This document shows, piece after piece, positions 16,419-25,492 of a DNA stretch of 31,661 nucleotides. A model generated the notes under the pieces. It was not told the DNA's origin and did no database searches. It was given only the letters and a program-made list of their open reading frames with translations. Each line of letters starts with the position of its first letter. Positions within the stretch are counted from its first letter, which is position 1. The position numbers and the translations under genes are program-made. The DNA is from a virus. Its lineage: Duplodnaviria > Caudoviricetes. The DNA is taken from positions 1 to 31,661 of the IMG/VR virus record IMGVR_UViG_3300012667_000409. One strand, 5' to 3'.

Positions 16419-16449
16419 ACCCTAGGTTAAACCCTAGGGTCTTTTTTTT
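16419..16449 (+). terminator. Rho-independent terminator
   Basis: ACCCTAGG/CCTAGGGT stem followed by a T8 tract. Confidence 0.85.
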
Positions 16450-16522
16450 GCATTTGATGTTGCAAAGCTGAGTTCTTGTGATATGATACAGACTTCAACA
16501 ACACAACTGAAAGGAACTTAAC

Positions 16523-16948
16523 ATGATCTTGAAATCTGAATTTGCTCACCTCGTGGATCGTTTAGGCTTAGAAGATGGTGAATTAACAATTGCAGAAATT
16601 GTCTGGGAACGCTGTGAAAAAGCAATGCAAGGCAAACCAGTACAGGAAGCTGCACTTCTTAAAGAGCCGTATGTATTTGCAGCAACAAAACGAGCAACTA
16701 ATGAGTTTACACGAGAAGAAGCTCAATTCATGACTGATCTCACACGAGACTTTCTTCGCACTGCACAATCAAATATGCGAGTTCTTCGTAGTGACATTCA
16801 AAGTGTTTGGCTACTATGTGATCCAGATGACGAACGAACAGATCATTATTTCAATGAACTAAACGCTTTGCGTAGTTATCAACGTAAAATTAATAGTTCA
16901 CTACGCAAACTTGAAAGCATTCAACATAAACTGAAGAAACAACGCTGA
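16523..16948 (+). CDS. hypothetical protein
   Basis: AAGGA RBS; helical. Confidence 0.8.
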   Translation: MILKSEFAHLVDRLGLEDGELTIAEIVWERCEKAMQGKPVQEAALLKEPYVFAATKRATNEFTREEAQFMTDLTRDFLRTAQSNMRVLRSDIQSVWLLCDPDDERTDHYFNELNALRSYQRKINSSLRKLESIQHKLKKQR

Positions 16949-17295
16949 TGAAACTACGGAAACGCTACACTATTGTTGCTACGTGCTTTGATCGTAAAGG
17001 TCGAGTACTTGGTTCTGGTACAAACAATTACAACAAGTCACACCCATTGATGCAGCACTTTGCTGTAAAAGCTGGAGAGTCTAACGACAAGATTTATGTA
17101 CATGCAGAACTAGCTGCTGTGCTACAATCTGGACGTAAAGATATCCATAGTATCTTAGTGCAGCGTTTCCATGAAAATGGTGATATGGCAGTTGCTAAAC
17201 CATGTCCAACTTGTCAAGCTATGCTCAAAGGTTTTGGTGTTAAGCTTGTTCGTTATACATCTGAAGAAGGAATCAAGGAATATGAAATTTTATAA
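16948..17295 (+). CDS. Zn-dependent cytidine/nucleotide deaminase-fold protein
   Basis: HAE...PCPTC motifs. Confidence 0.8.
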   Translation: MKLRKRYTIVATCFDRKGRVLGSGTNNYNKSHPLMQHFAVKAGESNDKIYVHAELAAVLQSGRKDIHSILVQRFHENGDMAVAKPCPTCQAMLKGFGVKLVRYTSEEGIKEYEIL

Positions 17296-17542
17296 TCCGT
17301 TTAAACCACACATTGTGCAATTTGCTGATAAATATTTGGTAAGACGATGGAGTGTAATTTGTTGGGAATACAAAGAAACCAGTACATGGCAAAATGATGA
17401 ACCCCATTGGTGGACACTTTGGGAATACGTTAGAAAGTACTGTATTTGTAACTCATTAGAACAAGCTCGTGCTCTAAGAGACAAAGAGTGGATTGATCCA
17501 ATAAAGAAACCTAAAGTAAAAACGAAAGTAATTCATGGCTAA
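17282..17542 (+). CDS. hypothetical protein (86 aa, Trp-rich)
   Basis: Probable start MKFYNPFKPH with AAGGA RBS. Confidence 0.7.
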   Translation: MKFYNPFKPHIVQFADKYLVRRWSVICWEYKETSTWQNDEPHWWTLWEYVRKYCICNSLEQARALRDKEWIDPIKKPKVKTKVIHG

Positions 17543-17551
17543 AGGAATTAA

Positions 17552-18073
17552 ATGTGTATAATAACACTAGATTATAATCAGGAACTATTTAAGGAATTGT
17601 TCTATTATGACGAAACAAGCGAATCAGGTTTAAGATATAAACACGGTAATACTTGTAAAGGACCAAATAGAAGATTTGCAAATGATGTAGCGGGTAGCAT
17701 CAGAAGTAATAAAGTTTGGATCGTAAAAATTAAATCAAAAGCATATGTTGTTCATCGAATTATCTGGTATTTAACTTTTGGAAATATTCCAAGTGATTTA
17801 GTTATTGATCATGTCGATGGTAATGCTCTTAATAATGTTTTATCTAACATGAGATTAACCACACAACTTGTAAATAATTCAAATCATGCAATGCAACTTA
17901 ATAATACTAGTGGAAAAACTGGTGTATATTTTCGTAACAATAGTTGGATAGCACAATGGAATGTAAATGGTGTGCAGAAAACAAAAAATTTTAAAACATT
18001 TCAAGAAGCTGCGGAATATCGTGATAAAATGATAAAAATTAATCACACATACACAGAAAGGCATGGTAAATAA
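17552..18073 (+). CDS. HNH-AP2 homing endonuclease
   Basis: VHRIIW...IDHVDGNALNN...NMR; NTSGKTGVY AP2-like tail. Confidence 0.9.
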   Translation: MCIITLDYNQELFKELFYYDETSESGLRYKHGNTCKGPNRRFANDVAGSIRSNKVWIVKIKSKAYVVHRIIWYLTFGNIPSDLVIDHVDGNALNNVLSNMRLTTQLVNNSNHAMQLNNTSGKTGVYFRNNSWIAQWNVNGVQKTKNFKTFQEAAEYRDKMIKINHTYTERHGK

Positions 18074-18585
18074 TGGCAACACCAAAACAAACAGACGATC
18101 TTTATATGGGTACTGCTTTACTTTATGCTAAATTATCAAAAGCTAAAAGAGCGCAAGTTGGGGCTTGTCTTGTTACGAACAATGGTGTAATCCTTGGGGG
18201 TGTGAATGGTACTGCTGTAGGTCGCCCTAACGAATGCGAAGATCGAATTTATCCAAACGAATACGCTGGTGATTTTGAACAACACTATGATGAGTTTGAT
18301 TCTAGATTTCCACTGTTAGATGTCAATATTAGACGATATAGATTGGAAACTAAACCAGAAGTAATTCATGCAGAACTTAACTGCATCATGAAAGCTGCTC
18401 GTGAAGGTGTAAGCTGTGTCGATGCTACAGTTTATGTTACACTAGCACCTTGTGTACAATGCGCTGCTATGATGCTGCAAGCTGGAGTTAAGCGTGTTGT
18501 ATATCTGCAACAGTACAGAGATGATTCTGGTGTAAAGTTACTGCAGGAATCAAATGTAATGGTACAATTGTACGATCAACTTTAA
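18073..18585 (+). CDS. dCMP deaminase
   Basis: S...RAQVGA...G.NG...IHAELNCI...YVTLAPCVQCA...Y. Confidence 0.9.
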   Translation: MATPKQTDDLYMGTALLYAKLSKAKRAQVGACLVTNNGVILGGVNGTAVGRPNECEDRIYPNEYAGDFEQHYDEFDSRFPLLDVNIRRYRLETKPEVIHAELNCIMKAAREGVSCVDATVYVTLAPCVQCAAMMLQAGVKRVVYLQQYRDDSGVKLLQESNVMVQLYDQL

Positions 18586-18597
18586 GGAGAAACTAAA

Positions 18598-18897
18598 ATG
18601 GCATTGAGAGATCAAAAAGACGTATTGATTGCTTGGATTAATGGTGAAAGTATTCAGGTTAAACTTGGAGATGTGTGGTGTGATTGTGATAAATTCGATG
18701 ATCGTGGTACAATCAGTGTAGGAGGTACTTCTGAATATCGCATTAAACCAAAAGAAATTGTAACTACTACACATATTAAACCTGATTCATATAATAAAGG
18801 ACTTCATATCACTTATAGTGGACAAGTGTACCCTCACAATATTCGTCTAACATGGTCGCCAGATGGTGAAACACTGTTGAAAGCAGAGGTTATCTGA
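18598..18897 (+). CDS. hypothetical protein (AWxxG...YRIKP family)
   Basis: TAAGGAG RBS; resembles 26555-26878. Confidence 0.8.
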   Translation: MALRDQKDVLIAWINGESIQVKLGDVWCDCDKFDDRGTISVGGTSEYRIKPKEIVTTTHIKPDSYNKGLHITYSGQVYPHNIRLTWSPDGETLLKAEVI

Positions 18898-19181
18898 TGA
18901 AAACCTATAAAACAGCAGTAGTTGTAGAATCAGAAGTAACAATTCGTATTAATCCTAATGTAGATACTACAGAATTAATCAAAGAATTCAGCGAATGCAT
19001 CTTCGGTGTAGATTCTATTGAGGAAATTGTAGAATTTGCATCTTCTCGTATCACACAAGGTGAACCAACGTTTATTGAAGGTATTGGTTCTGTAGAATAC
19101 GATTACGGTCAACCGTGGGAAGATCATGTAATAATGCAGTACACCGTTTGGACTGATGTATCAACAGAGATTGTAGACTAA
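18897..19181 (+). CDS. hypothetical acidic protein
   Basis: ORF coupled to neighbours. Confidence 0.75.
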   Translation: MKTYKTAVVVESEVTIRINPNVDTTELIKEFSECIFGVDSIEEIVEFASSRITQGEPTFIEGIGSVEYDYGQPWEDHVIMQYTVWTDVSTEIVD

Positions 19182-19390
19182 TGCTGCGCTGGTCTGGTAC
19201 AATCTTCTACATGATCAGTATGCTGCTGACTGCTCTAAATATTTTTCCTTTGAATCTAATATTTGGTGCAATCGGTGGTATACTCTGGTGTATCGTAGGC
19301 TTTTCCTACAAAGACAAAGCTTTGATTCTAGTGGAGGCTGCTTCTGCAGCTATCTATTTGTTTGGACTTTTACATTGGTGGATAAAATGA
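19181..19390 (+). CDS. small multi-TM membrane protein
   Basis: Three hydrophobic segments. Confidence 0.75.
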   Translation: MLRWSGTIFYMISMLLTALNIFPLNLIFGAIGGILWCIVGFSYKDKALILVEAASAAIYLFGLLHWWIK

Positions 19391-19626
19391 ATAAACGAAT
19401 TTATGAACTCGCTTTACAAGCTGAAATGGCAGCAAACAACGGTGACCACGTTGATGTAAAAATCATGATGGCTAAGTTCGGGGCGTTACTCATTGAAGAA
19501 TGTATAGCTTGTGTAAGATATACAGATAAAGACTCAATCTTTACTGCTCATGACGCTGGTGTTGTTGGTGCTGCACATGATCGAGCAATGAAAGCTATTC
19601 GTAAACATTTCGGAGTTGAAGAATGA
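19387..19626 (+). CDS. hypothetical protein (MN.RI.EL...KFAELI..EC...HFGVEE family)
   Basis: Probable start MNKRIYELA (ATGA overlap). Confidence 0.8.
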   Translation: MNKRIYELALQAEMAANNGDHVDVKIMMAKFGALLIEECIACVRYTDKDSIFTAHDAGVVGAAHDRAMKAIRKHFGVEE

Positions 19627-19853
19627 ACGAACTGATTAAAGAACTTTCCCTACAGGCTGGCATTCATTTTGGTCGTAGTGCCACTTTAGATGGTAATGAC
19701 ATTGCTCGTTTTGTTACAACTTCTGATATGGAAAAGTTTGCCGAGTTGATTGTTCGGGAATGTATCGACATTGTTGGTGCTGGCGGAGAGTTTGCTAGCC
19801 GTCCTAAACTGGTTGAAAAGCTACAAGAACATTTTGGAGTTACAGAAGAATGA
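19623..19853 (+). CDS. hypothetical protein, paralogue of the previous gene
   Basis: MNELIKEL...EKFAELIVREC...HFGVTEE. Confidence 0.8.
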   Translation: MNELIKELSLQAGIHFGRSATLDGNDIARFVTTSDMEKFAELIVRECIDIVGAGGEFASRPKLVEKLQEHFGVTEE

Positions 19854-19987
19854 CCGAACTATTCATTGCACTCGTCACGCTTGTTATTTTAGCATTTATT
19901 GCTAGTTTATTTTTTCTTTTTGATAATGAAATACTTCATGGGTATTTTGCCAAGAAGATTCGTAAATATTTTGGAGTTGAAGAATGA
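19850..19987 (+). CDS. small membrane protein ending FGVEE (45 aa)
   Basis: Read by hand: MTELFIALVTLVILAF...IRKYFGVEE*. Confidence 0.7.
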   Translation: MTELFIALVTLVILAFIASLFFLFDNEILHGYFAKKIRKYFGVEE

Positions 19988-20493
19988 ACAATAACATTAA
20001 AGCTGGCGCTGATATCAATGCTGGTGACGGTGGTTACAGCGAAGGTACATTAGAAGGTTATGAACAATTTTCTAAAGCTCGAAACAAATCCAGAGGTAAA
20101 CCTACTCTATATTTAATCCGTGGAGTTCCCGGTTCGGGTAAATCAACCTTTGCACAAGTACTTCTTGATGAATTTGTAGTACAACGTATCTATGAAGCTG
20201 ATCAATACTTTGTACAAAACGGTGAATACCAGTTTGATCCTACACTATTGGAAGATGCACATAATCAATGCAAGCGAAATACTTGGCTTGCGCTGTACGA
20301 AGGTATGTCAGTTGCTGTATCAAATACATCTTGTGCTGAGTGGGAAGTTGAAATTTATGCTACAATTGCACGAGAGACTGAAGCTAACTTTGTGAGTGTT
20401 ATCATCGAGAATCGACACGATGGTAAGAACATTCATGGTTGTCCTGATGCTAAAGTCGAACAGATGAAGCGAAAGTTTAGTGTTAAATTGTAA
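19984..20493 (+). CDS. P-loop polynucleotide-kinase-like protein (AAA_33)
   Basis: IRGVPGSGKST, EAD, VAVSNT, HGCP. Confidence 0.85.
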   Translation: MNNNIKAGADINAGDGGYSEGTLEGYEQFSKARNKSRGKPTLYLIRGVPGSGKSTFAQVLLDEFVVQRIYEADQYFVQNGEYQFDPTLLEDAHNQCKRNTWLALYEGMSVAVSNTSCAEWEVEIYATIARETEANFVSVIIENRHDGKNIHGCPDAKVEQMKRKFSVKL

Positions 20494-20502
20494 AGGAATA
20501 AA

Positions 20503-21396
20503 ATGCTGTTGACATATGATGAACAAATGCTACTAGTTAATCGTGGATTAGCTACACTCAAAAACGATGGTAAATACACAACGTTCAAATATGCACGTAA
20601 AGCAATGTATGAATATCTGTGGCATCAAATCCCTCAGTTGCTTGAATGCAGAGGTCATGTATATGATAATGCTATACATACTCTTGTGCAAGCTGCTCCA
20701 CGTAAGTCCTTCAATTATCTTGAGCGTGGTCATTGGTTGGATATTCCATTAGATACTCCAGTTGAAATGTACAAGAAGGTCAATGGTTTTATGGCTTGTG
20801 CTACAATTCATGATAGTGAACTCATTGTATCTACTACTGGTACTACTACAAGTGAATATGCTAAATGGGCTAAAGAGCTGATCCAACGTGATTATAAGTA
20901 TTACGATTTGGTGATCGAACGAGAAGTTACTACACTATTTGAAGTGGTAGTACCTCAAGACCCACACATTGTTCAAGAACGTGAAGGGCTGCATTTGCTT
21001 GGTGTGCGTGAGAAGGTTAACGGTAATTTTCATCCTATGGGTGAAAGCATTCGTTGTACTCTTTCACAGGCATTGGAAATTGCAAAGTATGATCGTGGTG
21101 AAGGCTTTATGCTGTATCCTATGCTACCCAATGGTTTGTATGATTACAACAACTGCTGTAAACTAAAGACTCCATATTACGTTGGTAAAAAGAAATTGAT
21201 GCGTATGACAGCAAAGAATGTTGAAATCATGTATAAAGATGTGCATCATTTTAAAGAACAGTTATCTAAAATGTGGTATACTGCTGCAAAATGCATTGTG
21301 AAAGATTTCAATAAAGATGCTTGGTTACAATCTACAGATCAGCAACGCAGATTAGTTCTTGATAATTTTAAATGGAATGAACATGCAGGGGCATAA
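20503..21396 (+). CDS. T4 Rnl1-like RNA ligase (divergent)
   Basis: ECRG...RKSFNY...YKKVNG (motif I)...LFEV...DPHIV...EGF...KLKT. Confidence 0.7.
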   Translation: MLLTYDEQMLLVNRGLATLKNDGKYTTFKYARKAMYEYLWHQIPQLLECRGHVYDNAIHTLVQAAPRKSFNYLERGHWLDIPLDTPVEMYKKVNGFMACATIHDSELIVSTTGTTTSEYAKWAKELIQRDYKYYDLVIEREVTTLFEVVVPQDPHIVQEREGLHLLGVREKVNGNFHPMGESIRCTLSQALEIAKYDRGEGFMLYPMLPNGLYDYNNCCKLKTPYYVGKKKLMRMTAKNVEIMYKDVHHFKEQLSKMWYTAAKCIVKDFNKDAWLQSTDQQRRLVLDNFKWNEHAGA

Positions 21397-21571
21397 TTTT
21401 AATCGCACATTACACGCTAAAGGCATGTTTGTGTATTGTAACAACTGTGGCCTTATTCGTTTGAATAATCGAGCAACTGAAAAGCAGATTAACAAACCTT
21501 GCGTTGGATTGCGAGAATTAGAAGACGAAGAGTATTTAAAACTTAAAGGACAAATGAAAGGTAGAAAATGA
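21383..21571 (+). CDS. small CxxC protein (62 aa)
   Basis: MQGHNF...YCNNCGL...PC; start uncertain. Confidence 0.65.
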   Translation: MQGHNFNRTLHAKGMFVYCNNCGLIRLNNRATEKQINKPCVGLRELEDEEYLKLKGQMKGRK

Positions 21572-22149
21572 AAATATTTACAAGTGATCTACACCACATG
21601 CATAATCGCATTGTTGAATTCACCAATAGAGGTGAAAGTACAACACAAGAAAATCACACGCAGTGGTTAACTGAAGTATGGAACAAGAATGTAAGCTCAG
21701 GTGATCTTGTTTATCACTTGGGAGATTTTTCATTTGCTAAAAAATATGATGAAATTGTAAAGTTTACCTTTCACTTGAACGGTCAAAAGATTTTCATCAA
21801 AGGTAATCATGATAAGCGAGAGCATCTAGATCAACTTGTGAAAGATAATTTGATTCAAGCATGGTATGATTACAAAGAGATCAAACTCCAAGACATTCCT
21901 ACTGTACTATTTCACTTTCCTATTGCAAGTTGGCATCGTCAAAGTCATGGTGCAATTCACCTACATGGTCATTCTCATGGTAATTTTAAAGATTTCCGTG
22001 GAAAAATGCTTGACGTAGGGATAGATTCAGCATATAATCTGTATGGAGAGCACAAGTTTATTACAGAAGATGAAGTAATAACTTTCATGCAGCACGAAGA
22101 TATTTACACAGCAGATCAACATAGAAAGGTTACAGATGCAAAAGATTGA
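21568..22149 (+). CDS. calcineurin-like metallophosphoesterase
   Basis: SDLH, LGD, GNHD, FHFP, HGHSH. Confidence 0.92.
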   Translation: MKIFTSDLHHMHNRIVEFTNRGESTTQENHTQWLTEVWNKNVSSGDLVYHLGDFSFAKKYDEIVKFTFHLNGQKIFIKGNHDKREHLDQLVKDNLIQAWYDYKEIKLQDIPTVLFHFPIASWHRQSHGAIHLHGHSHGNFKDFRGKMLDVGIDSAYNLYGEHKFITEDEVITFMQHEDIYTADQHRKVTDAKD

Positions 22150-22804
22150 AGATTACACCACAGCAAAGCTAATTGCTTACTCACAGGCCACCGAAGAGTT
22201 TAAAGGGCAGTTTAAGACCATTAAAGACCTTGTGGCATACTGCGCTAGGGTAAGTAACCCAAGTAACCAACTCAACATGGAAACTTCTGATAAGTTGATT
22301 GGTTATCTATTGAAGCACAAGCACTTTAGTCCGTTTGAGATGGCAAGTGCTACTATTGAAATTGAAACAACTCGTGATATTGCACGACAGCTATTGCGTC
22401 ACCGTAGTTTTACATTTCAGGAGTTTAGCCAACGCTATGCAGACCCTACAAAGGACTTGACGTTTGTAACTAGGGAAGCACGACTGCAAGACCCTAAGAA
22501 TCGTCAAAACTCTGTTGTTACTGATAATCTAGCATTGCAATTAATGTGGGAGAACTATCAGAATAAAGTCATTGAAACTGCTAAGAATGCATATGCTTTT
22601 GCTATTGCAAATGGTATCGCTAAAGAGCAAGCTCGTGCTGTACTACCGGAAGGTAATACAATGTCTCGATTATATGTACAGGGAACTATTCGCAGTTTTA
22701 TTCATTATATTGAAGTGCGTAAGGCTAACGGTACACAATTAGAACATATTGTATTGGCTCAAAAAGTCGCTCAAGCTATCTCGGAGGTATTTGATGTTGA
22801 ATGA
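22136..22804 (+). CDS. thyX: FAD-dependent thymidylate synthase
   Basis: HFSPFE, RQLLRHRSFTFQEFSQRY, EQARAVLP. Confidence 0.96.
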   Translation: MQKIEDYTTAKLIAYSQATEEFKGQFKTIKDLVAYCARVSNPSNQLNMETSDKLIGYLLKHKHFSPFEMASATIEIETTRDIARQLLRHRSFTFQEFSQRYADPTKDLTFVTREARLQDPKNRQNSVVTDNLALQLMWENYQNKVIETAKNAYAFAIANGIAKEQARAVLPEGNTMSRLYVQGTIRSFIHYIEVRKANGTQLEHIVLAQKVAQAISEVFDVE

Positions 22805-23042
22805 AATTGATATAAGAGATTGGGAAATGCTGACTACACCTTTGAAACTACAGGAGTTAAAAGAAGGTGATGTGTTCAGTGTATTTGGTGACAGTAAGAT
22901 GTTCAAGGTTATGTGCAAGGCAAACGAAATCGTCTTTGCAGAAACTGCAGAAATCTTTAATGCTTTTGCACTACCTAGATTTATGGAGGTTTACCCGTGG
23001 GTTTCAAAGAAAAATACAAATCTAAAAAGTACAGACAACTGA
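22794..23042 (+). CDS. hypothetical protein (82 aa)
   Basis: Start MLNEIDIRD with GGAGG RBS. Confidence 0.7.
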   Translation: MLNEIDIRDWEMLTTPLKLQELKEGDVFSVFGDSKMFKVMCKANEIVFAETAEIFNAFALPRFMEVYPWVSKKNTNLKSTDN

Positions 23043-23350
23043 TTGAAATGGTAGCTAAGTCATCAGGCTACTACCAATATGAAGTTGAAGATGTACTGAA
23101 CCATCTTGTTGGTAATATTCAAGTACTACTAGCAGAGGGAACTCCTATAAAGATCAGTGGGATTGGAACTCTCAAAGTAAAAAAGATGCATGTTTCTCGC
23201 TTACCGAGTGGTTCACTTGAAGAACTGTGCTATACTGCGTACAGGTTGTCAGTTGTATCTGACACCCAAATGCAATCTTACTTAAAGGAAAACTATGTTG
23301 ACCCAACAGAAACCAAAAGCAGTAGTGACTTGGCCCTTCCCATCAGTTAA
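22997..23350 (+). CDS. HU/IHF-like DNA-binding protein
   Basis: LIEMVAKSSG...VEDVL...LAEGTPIKISGIGTLKV; GGAGG RBS before GTG. Confidence 0.7.
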   Translation: MGFKEKYKSKKYRQLIEMVAKSSGYYQYEVEDVLNHLVGNIQVLLAEGTPIKISGIGTLKVKKMHVSRLPSGSLEELCYTAYRLSVVSDTQMQSYLKENYVDPTETKSSSDLALPIS

Positions 23351-23450
23351 TGGTGAACGTACTCAAGAAAGTCAAGAGTTGTTGGATAGTAAGCACTACA
23401 CAACTAAAGAAGTGCTGGATACAAATGACTATGAGGAATCTTTGTTTTGA
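23295..23450 (+). CDS. hypothetical protein (51 aa)
   Basis: MLTQQKPKAVVTWPFP...; AAGGA RBS. Confidence 0.55.
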   Translation: MLTQQKPKAVVTWPFPSVNGERTQESQELLDSKHYTTKEVLDTNDYEESLF

Positions 23451-23890
23451 ATAAAGAAAAATTCACAGTAGTTAGTATTGACAAAGTTCTAGCTAATAAA
23501 AAACTTCCGAATTGGTTGCTGAAAGCTGCATTTGAAGTCAAGCACTCAGGATATTTACCTGCTGGTGAGTATTTTGAGAAGCTTGATGATATTGAAGTTT
23601 ATGAGATTACAAACGCTTTAGAGTATATACACACCAGTAACTTTAAAGAGTTTGAGATTCTTTCCAGTCAAGCACAAGAAGATATTGAAAACTTGACATT
23701 GCTTTGTTTTATCTTGGCTTTAGGTGAAGGTGAAATGGAAGTTGATGCAGAAAGTCTTTCTTCTATGATACAATATCTATTCTTACTTGCCAGTATTGAG
23801 CAATTGTTCAGAGAAGGCAAGGTAGAAGTAATTAGAGAGCATTATTCTCTATTCGGTGGTGATAAACCAGTTGTAAAAGCAAAGGAGTAA
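23447..23890 (+). CDS. hypothetical protein
   Basis: TTG start, GAGG RBS. Confidence 0.75.
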   Translation: MNKEKFTVVSIDKVLANKKLPNWLLKAAFEVKHSGYLPAGEYFEKLDDIEVYEITNALEYIHTSNFKEFEILSSQAQEDIENLTLLCFILALGEGEMEVDAESLSSMIQYLFLLASIEQLFREGKVEVIREHYSLFGGDKPVVKAKE

Positions 23891-23895
23891 ACGTT

Positions 23896-24372
23896 ATGCA
23901 AGTTAAACTTGGACGATTCCCAAAAGGTGATACTGAACGTAAAATCAGTGTTAAAATTGACAAGTGGGATAGCTGGAATGCCGATCACAGTCTTGCTTTG
24001 ATTACTGCACCTTTGTTGGTACAGCTTAAAGAAACAAAACACGGTTCACCTAATGTAGATGACGCAGATGTTCCTGAGCATCTACGCAGCACTGCAGCAC
24101 CTCCTAAAGTCAATGAATGGGATACAGACGATAATTGGCATCCTCGGTGGGATTACGTCATGGGTGAAATGATTTATGCTATGCAAGAAATTGCAAACTA
24201 TAAAGAAGGATCAAATATCTTTTGGGATCACTCAGAAGTTGATGAAAGTACTGATGTAATGCAGCAGATAAGAGCAACTAAGGTTGACGATAAAGGTCTG
24301 GAAGCGTATAATAATAGAGTTCAAAAGGGTTGTGAACTTTTTGGCAAATACTTTCAGGCGCTATGGGATTAA
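23896..24372 (+). CDS. conserved phage hypothetical protein
   Basis: WDSWNADHSLALI...HGSP...RWDYVM...LFGKYFQALWD. Confidence 0.8.
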   Translation: MQVKLGRFPKGDTERKISVKIDKWDSWNADHSLALITAPLLVQLKETKHGSPNVDDADVPEHLRSTAAPPKVNEWDTDDNWHPRWDYVMGEMIYAMQEIANYKEGSNIFWDHSEVDESTDVMQQIRATKVDDKGLEAYNNRVQKGCELFGKYFQALWD

Positions 24373-24373
24373 C

Positions 24374-24616
24374 ATGAAAACATTTAAAGAATTAGAGTCG
24401 CTGGCATATATGAATAATCTACCAAAGATTGCTGCTCTTTATGCACAGCTAGATGATAACGAAGTAGCCGAGTATGAAATTGAGAGACTTCATGCTAAAA
24501 TTGATGATTTGGAATACGATTGTGAATATTATGAACAAAAAGTATTTCGATTAGAGGATAAGATTGAACAATTTGAAGATAAACTCGAAAAAATCAAAGA
24601 TATCTGTAATGAATGA
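24374..24616 (+). CDS. acidic coiled-coil protein (80 aa)
   Basis: Probable start MKTFKELE. Confidence 0.7.
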   Translation: MKTFKELESLAYMNNLPKIAALYAQLDDNEVAEYEIERLHAKIDDLEYDCEYYEQKVFRLEDKIEQFEDKLEKIKDICNE

Positions 24617-24743
24617 AAAATTTGATGTACAATCTAGGTTCTCTGAGGGTGACCTAGAGTATGTAACAGAAGAAGACAGCTATCAGGTATTACAATCATT
24701 TGATAGTTGGCACGAATATAACCATGAAAGGAATGAAGAATGA
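24609..24743 (+). CDS. hypothetical acidic protein (44 aa)
   Basis: MNEKFDVQSRF...; fills the gap. Confidence 0.45.
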   Translation: MNEKFDVQSRFSEGDLEYVTEEDSYQVLQSFDSWHEYNHERNEE

Positions 24744-24952
24744 CAGAACAAGAATTTCGCCAGAAACTAGACGTAGTAGTAACAGAGGGTCTAAACACTT
24801 TAGGCGCTGGTGTTGTGTACGGTCAGTTGGCTACAATGAAGCAATTCGTAGAAGTTGTATACGATAGTACTGTAGTAAATTATCTACAGAGTTCACAAAT
24901 GAAAGCAGCACAAGAAGCAGAAGCTGCAGCACAAGGAGCAAAAGCAGAATGA
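24740..24952 (+). CDS. hypothetical protein
   Basis: AAGGA RBS. Confidence 0.75.
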   Translation: MTEQEFRQKLDVVVTEGLNTLGAGVVYGQLATMKQFVEVVYDSTVVNYLQSSQMKAAQEAEAAAQGAKAE

Positions 24953-25122
24953 CACTCGATGATTTTCACATGGGGATTGTACACCTCTTCAGTGAAGCAA
25001 ATAAATCAGGTCTAGATATTGGTGATATCTACCAAATTCTGAATGGTCAGACTATTATTGCTGAAACAATTTTAAAATTATCAATCGAAAATGCTTATAA
25101 AGAAAGGTTTAATTCACTATGA
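24949..25122 (+). CDS. hypothetical protein (57 aa)
   Basis: MTLDDFHMGIVHL...; ATGA-coupled. Confidence 0.7.
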   Translation: MTLDDFHMGIVHLFSEANKSGLDIGDIYQILNGQTIIAETILKLSIENAYKERFNSL

Positions 25123-25250
25123 AATACGTAGTAAAATGGAACAATGGCTATTGGAAAGTTTTTGATACTCAAGAGTACAAAGATGCTTCAATGCATGGTC
25201 TTAAAACAGATGCTGACAAAGCCTGTTACAAGCTAAACCAGTACAACTAA
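25119..25250 (+). CDS. hypothetical protein (43 aa)
   Basis: MKYVVKWNNGYWKVFD... Confidence 0.65.
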   Translation: MKYVVKWNNGYWKVFDTQEYKDASMHGLKTDADKACYKLNQYN

Positions 25251-25259
25251 GTAGATAAT

Positions 25260-25290
25260 ACCCGAGTAACCCTCGGGGTTTCTTTCGTTT
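25260..25290 (+). terminator. Rho-independent terminator
   Basis: CCCGAG/CTCGGG stem followed by a T-rich tail. Confidence 0.7.
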
Positions 25291-25307
25291 CAATCAGGAG
25301 AATAAGT

Positions 25308-25475
25308 ATGCAAATTGATAAAGAAGTTCTAATTGTTCGCAATACTACAGTACAACGTTTGTACGATGTGGTTGTTGTAAATTATTTTTCGGAAGATGTT
25401 CAATTCATCGTAAAAGGTGTACAATTCGAAGATGCTGTAGCGATGCAGCTTGAAATTGAAGAAACACTCAACTAA
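25308..25475 (+). CDS. hypothetical protein (55 aa)
   Basis: AGGAG RBS; MQIDKEVLIVRN... Confidence 0.7.
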   Translation: MQIDKEVLIVRNTTVQRLYDVVVVNYFSEDVQFIVKGVQFEDAVAMQLEIEETLN

Positions 25476-25492
25476 CTTATCAAAGGAAAATC

